From an uncultured Alphaproteobacteria bacterium (lineage in GTDB: Bacteria; Pseudomonadota; Alphaproteobacteria; CAAHEQ01; UBA3637): DNA of 51,910 bases. The notes beneath the pieces were generated by a model. The model was not told where the DNA came from. It ran no database searches and saw only the letters and a list, made by a program, of their open reading frames with translations. The position numbers and the translations under genes were made by a program. The first letter of the stretch is position 1; each line of letters opens with the position of its first letter. The DNA is taken from contig CANQKV010000003.1 of the NCBI GenBank assembly GCA_947624545.1, positions 1-51,910 of the forward strand, in the 5' to 3' direction. Below are positions 46,483 through 51,910 of the stretch, in pieces.

Positions 46483-47346
46483 CTATTGATATGACTGCTT
46501 TTTCTTAAAATCTAAGGCAACGGAGTTAATGCAATACCGATTCCCTGTTTTTGTCGGACCGTCGGGAAAAAGATGCCCCAAATGACTGCCGCACCGCGCA
46601 CAAACCACCTCGTTGCGCACCATAAAGTGCGATAAATCAAGCTTTGTGTCAACGGCGTGGGGCAGGGCTTTGTCAAAACTTGGCCAACCGCAGGCAGAAT
46701 TGAATTTCGAATCGGCATTAAAAAGCGCTTGTCCGCAGGCGCCGCACACATATGTGCCGTTTTCCTCAAAAACGGTATATTTGCCCGAAAACGGTTGTTC
46801 CGTTCCCTTTTGACGCATAACTTTATAGCGTTCGGGTGTCATTTTGGCGCGATAATAGGCTTCTTTGTCAAAGGCGTTTGTGTCATGAAAACAGCTTGTT
46901 TTCCCTTGTTTTTCAAAATATTTTTGATGATATTCTTCCGCCGGATAAAAAATGCCCGCTTTTTCAAGTGTTGTGACAATCGGATTTTTAAAAAACGGCT
47001 GATATTCTTTTATTTTTTTCTCTGCCGCCTGTTTTTGCGACTCGTTCAAATAAAAAATTGCCGATCGATATTGCGTGCCTCTGTCAACGCCCTGACGATT
47101 TTTTGTTGTCGGATTATGCGATTGAAAAAACACGTCAAGTAATTCTTCAAAGCTGATTTTTTCAGAATCAAATGTTATTTTTAATGCTTCGGCATGCCCT
47201 GTCGAATCGGTGCAAACATCGGCATAAGTCGGATTTTGCGTTTTTCCGCCGATGTAACCGACTTCGGTGTTTATAACACCCGACAAAGAATCAAAAACGC
47301 TTTGAACACCCCAAAAACAGCCGCCTGCCAAAATAGCTTGTTCCAT
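46483..47346 (-). CDS. msrAB: Peptide methionine sulfoxide reductase MsrA-MsrB fusion
   Basis: GCFWG, GTQYRS, AEEYHQ (MsrA); CGWPSF, HLGHLF, RYCINS (MsrB). Confidence 0.97.
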   Translation of the reverse strand: MEQAILAGGCFWGVQSVFDSLSGVINTEVGYIGGKTQNPTYADVCTDSTGHAEALKITFDSEKISFEELLDVFFQSHNPTTKNRQGVDRGTQYRSAIFYLNESQKQAAEKKIKEYQPFFKNPIVTTLEKAGIFYPAEEYHQKYFEKQGKTSCFHDTNAFDKEAYYRAKMTPERYKVMRQKGTEQPFSGKYTVFEENGTYVCGACGQALFNADSKFNSACGWPSFDKALPHAVDTKLDLSHFMVRNEVVCARCGSHLGHLFPDGPTKTGNRYCINSVALDFKKKQSYQ

Positions 47347-47368
47347 TTTTCCCCCTTTTTCCCCCTTT

Positions 47369-47692
47369 TTATCGACGCCATTGCCAACGTTTTAAATCAA
47401 CGCGATAGTCTTTTGAAACAATAACGTTTTCATCGGTTAAAAGTTGCTTTTGCCTTTCAATGCCCTCAAACCCGAAATGCTTTGCCAGCTTGCCATTGCC
47501 GTTCACAACACGATGACACGGTGTTGTTACGGGGTAGGGGTTGTGATGTAATGCGTTTCCGACGGCACGCGCTGCCCGCGGTTCGCCGATTAAACGAGCT
47601 ATTTGTCCGTAAGTTGCCACACGCCCTTTGGGAATTTGCTTTGTAACAAAATAAACCCGCTCGGCAAATGATTTTTCAAACGCATTGTTCAT
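47369..47692 (-). CDS. O6-alkylguanine DNA alkyltransferase family protein (C-terminal domain only)
   Basis: IPKGRVATYG, ARAVG, PCHRVV with the acceptor Cys. Confidence 0.9.
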   Translation of the reverse strand: MNNAFEKSFAERVYFVTKQIPKGRVATYGQIARLIGEPRAARAVGNALHHNPYPVTTPCHRVVNGNGKLAKHFGFEGIERQKQLLTDENVIVSKDYRVDLKRWQWRR

Positions 47693-47737
47693 GCCTTTCA
47701 GTTTAACGGCGATTGACGCAAAAAGCAAGTGTTTGTT

Positions 47738-48034
47738 TTACTGATTGATGTTTTCAAGCGTTTCTTCTTCCCCGTGTCGATACTCCGCCGCGTCTTCGGG
47801 CGAGAGAATCGCCAACAATTTGTATAAACCGCCAACGTGATGTTTTTCATCTTCGGCAATTTCCGCCAACACGTTTTGAACACTTTCATTGTCCGTACTT
47901 TCCATAATTTGCTGATATAATTGTATGGCTTCAAACTCCGAAGCAAGCGCAAACTTGACGGCGCGCAACAGTTCAACCGCACTCAATTTATTTTTCGGCG
48001 TGTAAACCGAATCGATATTTGTAAAATCAGGCAT
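47738..48034 (-). CDS. Small ferritin-like/rubrerythrin-family protein
   Basis: EFEAIQLY...EIAEDEKHH di-iron motif; AAGGAG RBS. Confidence 0.85.
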   Translation of the reverse strand: MPDFTNIDSVYTPKNKLSAVELLRAVKFALASEFEAIQLYQQIMESTDNESVQNVLAEIAEDEKHHVGGLYKLLAILSPEDAAEYRHGEEETLENINQ

Positions 48035-48259
48035 ATTTTTCTCCTTACTTGGTTTATGTTCACAACAAAAAAATAAGTTGCGAGTACAATTCCTGCAATC
48101 CGCCGAAAGACGGTAAAGAAAAAAATGAAATTTTTGGAAATTTTTTTCCTTGAAAAAACAAAAAAATCGGTTTTGATAAAAAAAAGAGTTGAAAAAATAA
48201 AATGAATGTGTTAAGTTTAACTTGTATTAATTTTTATGTGTCCGAAAAGGAGTTTAAAT

Positions 48260-48526
48260 ATGAAAAAATTTTTAGCATTGGCGCTTGTTTGCTCCGTTGT
48301 CAGCGGTTGTAGCTATTTGGGAGCGCCGGAATCTTATACGGTTGTTGAAGAAAATGTGGCACCTGTTGCCGCGCCGGCTCCGGTTACGGTTTTGCCGTGC
48401 GGCGGTGTTTATTGTGCCGCGCGTACACCAAGATGCGGTTGCGCTCATGCACCGTGCCAAACGAATCCGGGTGTGACCGGTCCGTTAATGGTTACCATTC
48501 CCACACAAGCGGTTACGGTTCAATAA
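48260..48526 (+). CDS. Small Cys/Pro-rich lipoprotein
   Basis: Lipobox VSG-C, AAGGAG RBS, five further Cys, terminator after. Confidence 0.75.
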   Translation: MKKFLALALVCSVVSGCSYLGAPESYTVVEENVAPVAAPAPVTVLPCGGVYCAARTPRCGCAHAPCQTNPGVTGPLMVTIPTQAVTVQ

Positions 48527-48542
48527 TTTCTTGAAATGAAAC

Positions 48543-48577
48543 AAAAAACCCGCTAATGTTTTTTAGCGGGCTTTTTT
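48543..48577 (+). terminator. Rho-independent terminator
   Basis: CCCGCTAA...TTAGCGGG followed by CTTTTTT. Confidence 0.75.
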
Positions 48578-48701
48578 GTGAAATATTCGGAAAAAAAGCA
48601 ATGAACGGCGCTTTTTGAGCAGAAAAGAATTGACTTATTTTTAAATTATGATAAAATAAGTACATATCGTACAAGTATATCTTTCAATCAAAGGAAAAAC
48701 A

Positions 48702-49370
48702 ATGACCGAAACAAACGAAAAAAATTTAAAACAGTCGGAAAGAATGGTTTCTTGCCGCGTGAAACTCGGTTGTCGAGATGCCATGGATTTTTATAAAAAA
48801 TTCAGTCAAAACGGGTTGTTGTTTTCTTATCCGAAATATCAAAAGCACGAAAGCGGTGAGCGCAGACTGAATGAAAAATCCGCCATTGTTTATGCTGAAA
48901 TTTTCAATGTGGATTGGTTATGGTTGCTTTACGGTAAGTCGGAAAAATCCGCCGAAACGGTTGCCATTGATGTGGTTGATGCCATCGCCTGTTGCGGAAA
49001 CGGACATGTGAATTTTGATACACATGTCATCGGGCAACAAATGATGACGGTTTCGGCATTGCATCAAATAACGAACGTGAATCCGAATTATATTAAAATA
49101 TTAAAGGTTGTCGGAGACAGTATGGAACCGACAATCAGCAATAACGATTTCGTTTGGGTTGATATTTCCTGTCATACGCCGACGGGTGACGGTATTTATT
49201 TGTTTTGTATCGGCGAAATGCTGGTTGTAAAACGGGTACAAATCAATCCGTTTGATCAATCGGTGCAAATTTTATCGGATAATGTAAAATATCAGCCGAT
49301 TCGGGCGGAAAATTATCAAGCCGTTCAAACGGTGGGACGTGTGATTTCTTTCACAAAAATGATCGGATAA
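48702..49370 (+). CDS. XRE-HTH / peptidase S24 repressor (CI/LexA-like)
   Basis: N-terminal HTH ending VDWLWLLYG; VVGDSMEP (Ser) and VVKRV (Lys) dyad; SDN; VGRV. Confidence 0.9.
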   Translation: MTETNEKNLKQSERMVSCRVKLGCRDAMDFYKKFSQNGLLFSYPKYQKHESGERRLNEKSAIVYAEIFNVDWLWLLYGKSEKSAETVAIDVVDAIACCGNGHVNFDTHVIGQQMMTVSALHQITNVNPNYIKILKVVGDSMEPTISNNDFVWVDISCHTPTGDGIYLFCIGEMLVVKRVQINPFDQSVQILSDNVKYQPIRAENYQAVQTVGRVISFTKMIG

Positions 49371-49374
49371 CAAA

Positions 49375-50175
49375 ATGGATTGGTTACGTCGCTTTATTTT
49401 GTTGAGTATTTATTCGATTGCGCCGCCTTTTTATATGATTTGCGCTACTTTCTTGCTGGATGATTACAGCGGACGCAACAACTTTTTGAAAGAGCATATT
49501 TTCCCTTTTTTAAGTGTGACGATTTGGATTGCCTTTATTTGCGCCTTATCGGCGAATCATTTATGGCGTCGCTATCGGCAAAAACATTTGTTACCCGGCG
49601 AAAAAGTGCGAGATTATCCGTTAATTTTTGTTTTCGTATATTCAATTTATTTTTTGCTGATCGGTTGCTTTTTTTGGGGAGGCGATTGCCTTTATGCGGC
49701 GTTCAGCGGGTTATCGGTGGTGTTGTGGGTTTTGATTTTTCGCGAAAATATGCGCCGATGTGTCGAATATTTGCCGCTTGTGGAAAAGTTTTATTTTTAT
49801 GTGGTAGCGTTTGTTTATCCGATTTTAATTTTAATGATGAGTGATACACTTTCTCTCATTGAAAATACGCCATGGCATATGACCATTTTGTTATCGCCCA
49901 TTGCTTATGTGCCGGGTGTCACAATGTTTGCGTGCGCTTGTTTAATGCTCAAATTAATTTGCCGAATGCGTGAAAGTGCTTTAAAAAAGAACGTGTTCGG
50001 CTTAACGCAAGCCATTTTACTGTTATTAATCGGTGATGTGAGCGGCTGTTTATATTTGGTGCCGTATGTCGGACGCGGTATTTTTCTCATCGGTTTTGTG
50101 ATGAGCTTCGGCGTTTATTTAATTGAATTGTTATATTATTACAAGCGGTGTCGTCATTTTAAAACGGGAAATTAA
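49375..50175 (+). CDS. Hypothetical polytopic membrane protein
   Basis: About 8 hydrophobic segments; starts 4 bp after the repressor. Confidence 0.7.
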   Translation: MDWLRRFILLSIYSIAPPFYMICATFLLDDYSGRNNFLKEHIFPFLSVTIWIAFICALSANHLWRRYRQKHLLPGEKVRDYPLIFVFVYSIYFLLIGCFFWGGDCLYAAFSGLSVVLWVLIFRENMRRCVEYLPLVEKFYFYVVAFVYPILILMMSDTLSLIENTPWHMTILLSPIAYVPGVTMFACACLMLKLICRMRESALKKNVFGLTQAILLLLIGDVSGCLYLVPYVGRGIFLIGFVMSFGVYLIELLYYYKRCRHFKTGN

Positions 50176-50271
50176 TTTTTTTATGTTTCATACATAAATA
50201 AATCTTGTTTTTTTCATATTTTACGGATAAAATAACTTAAAACGTTTTTTTGTAGGGAAAGGAAAAATGAA

Positions 50272-51910
50272 ATGACGGCATTCGTTATGTTCTTTTTGGC
50301 ATTTATTATTGCTTTATGGAGTTCGGCGCGCTTATGGCAAGGACAAAAGTTATCGCGGTCTCAAAAGGCAGGATTTTATGCGTTTTTCGTGTTTATATGG
50401 CTTTTGCCGTTAATTTACAGACAGTTGGGCTTTAATTTGCCGATTGTTTATACTTTTCCTTATCATTTTTTCGGTTTTTTGTTCTATTGGGCTTATTTGT
50501 TTTTCATTTTTATTTTCGTTCAAGATATTGTTTGGGCTGTTAAGTGGGTGATTCGTTTTTTGAAAAACAAATATAAACCTTTTCCGTGGAAAAGAGAAGC
50601 GCGCATTAAAAAATCGAATGCGTTTTGTTTGATTTGTTCGTTTGTTTTGGCGCTTTTTGCTTTGTTTTCGGGGCTTAAAACACCTGATGTGAAAGAAGTG
50701 AAAATCTATACTTCAAAGCTTTCTTCCAATATGACCATTGTCGCATTAAGCGATTTACATTTACATCATAATTTATCATTGACAAAAATTCAGGAAATTG
50801 TGGATAAAGTCAATGCAATTCAGCCGGATATAATTGTCTTTTTGGGCGATTTTGCCGATGAAGGCACGAGTCGGTTACATCAGCAGTTGTTTGAATTATC
50901 GCAGTTAAAAGCATCGCTCGGAAAATATGCCGTTGCGGGGAATCATGATTTTTATTTAGGGCATGAAGAAGCCAAAGAAGCCTTTAAAGAAGCCGAATTC
51001 ACTTATTTATTCAATGAGGGCGTACAGGTAACGCCGCAACTTTATTTGGCAGGCGTTCCCGATTATCATTCCGTTCGTCAAATCAGCGATTCGGTTGATA
51101 TTCTTCGGGCGCTTTCATCGGCGCAACCGAGTGATTACAAAATATTGTTATCACATCGTCCGAAGTTAATCGATACGTTGGTTCCCAAACAAATTGATTT
51201 ACAGCTTTCGGGGCATACGCACGGCGGACAGGTGTTTCCGCATCATTTGATTGTAAAACTGTTTAACAAATATTTGTCGGGGTTGTATCAAACCAAAAAC
51301 GGCAAGTTATATGTCACATCGGGCGCAGGACAATGGGGCGGACAAATGCGTTTGTTTGCGCCGTCGGAAATTACGGTTATACGGCTCATAGCCGAAGCGC
51401 ACGACGTATTGCCGAAAACGCGTCAAATACCGACATCAACAACAAAGAAAAAAGAAACAGCTGACAAAGGCTTTGTCATTGAAGCTATGCCGAAAGATGA
51501 AGTGGTTGTGAAGAAAGAAACCAAGAAAAGATCGCCGTTAATGCCGATTGTCGGCAAAGTGTTGAAGAAAAACAACGCGTCCGAAGCGAAAAAGACGGCT
51601 TCCGAGCAAGAAGCGAATCTGCCAAAAGAACAAACGTTGCAAACGCAGGAAGAAGTGCTGTCAGAACAAGTAAAAGAGCCGTCCGTCGCGCCGTCGCCGA
51701 TTGATTCGAATAAAAAAACGCTTGAAAAAACAACGAAACAATCAACATTGACTCAAGAAGAGGCTTCTCATGATGAAAATCCGTTTGAAGATATTTCAAA
51801 AGATATTGATTCGCTGATTGCCTCCATTCGTCCGACTCAAATTGATGATTCGGCGCTTGATGACACATCAACGGCGGATACCGATGAAGATATTGATGAA
51901 GAAACGGAAG
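50272..51910 (+). CDS. Membrane-anchored metallophosphoesterase (YkuE-like) with long charged tail; 3'-truncated by window edge
   Basis: Not in the ORF track; manual translation from ATG 50272 is open to the end: TM helices, SDLH, LGD, GNHD, LSH, SGHTHGGQ. Confidence 0.92.
   Translation, partial: MTAFVMFFLAFIIALWSSARLWQGQKLSRSQKAGFYAFFVFIWLLPLIYRQLGFNLPIVYTFPYHFFGFLFYWAYLFFIFIFVQDIVWAVKWVIRFLKNKYKPFPWKREARIKKSNAFCLICSFVLALFALFSGLKTPDVKEVKIYTSKLSSNMTIVALSDLHLHHNLSLTKIQEIVDKVNAIQPDIIVFLGDFADEGTSRLHQQLFELSQLKASLGKYAVAGNHDFYLGHEEAKEAFKEAEFTYLFNEGVQVTPQLYLAGVPDYHSVRQISDSVDILRALSSAQPSDYKILLSHRPKLIDTLVPKQIDLQLSGHTHGGQVFPHHLIVKLFNKYLSGLYQTKNGKLYVTSGAGQWGGQMRLFAPSEITVIRLIAEAHDVLPKTRQIPTSTTKKKETADKGFVIEAMPKDEVVVKKETKKRSPLMPIVGKVLKKNNASEAKKTASEQEANLPKEQTLQTQEEVLSEQVKEPSVAPSPIDSNKKTLEKTTKQSTLTQEEASHDENPFEDISKDIDSLIASIRPTQIDDSALDDTSTADTDEDIDEETE

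Noticed and set aside
48090-48120. c-di-GMP-I riboswitch-like GCAATCCGCCGAAAGACGG
   Set aside because: Only a P2-like hairpin; the GACGCAAAGC junction and P3 are absent
48702-50175. Prophage
   Set aside because: Only a repressor-like gene; no integrase, replication or structural genes
51485-51871. 128-aa minus-strand ORF
   Set aside because: Antisense shadow of the phosphoesterase tail

Overview
About 52 kb of an AT-rich bacterial chromosome using the standard genetic code. It is most consistent with an uncultured gut-type Alphaproteobacterium (RF32/Rhodospirillales-like; an inference from plsY-dprA-topA synteny and multiple G|RSMVE prepilins). The left half is mostly housekeeping: end of the atp operon, a DUF3015/DUF4105 pair, an HD protein, trkH, an AsmA-like protein, an ADP-forming acyl-CoA synthetase, tRNA-Ala(CGC), a GNAT, a ppiD-like gene, topA, dprA, plsY, recJ and glgA-ddh. 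The right half is envelope and accessory: a polytopic GT-C-like protein, an orphan VirB8-like gene, pal, two paralogous membrane-anchored GT2s, an arylsulfate sulfotransferase, hipBA, four prepilin-like genes, a stand-alone HNH nuclease, tRNA-Arg(ACG) with a structured tandem repeat at its 3' end, three ORFans, a msrAB/alkyltransferase/ferritin-like stress cluster, an S24 repressor, and a metallophosphoesterase that runs off the end. The best candidate for an undescribed system is an unnamed ~55-60 aa module (H-x-x-W-x-[DE]...W-[DE]-x-[YW]-x-x-E-x-F). It is fused to four nearby enzymes from three unrelated families (GT-C-like, two GT2s, sulfotransferase), suggesting an extracytoplasmic glycosylation-plus-sulfation pathway. 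The second candidate is the tRNA-Arg-linked repeat, which carries an antisense copy of the tRNA T-arm and abuts the HNH gene. All family calls come from motif recognition by eye; no database searches were run.
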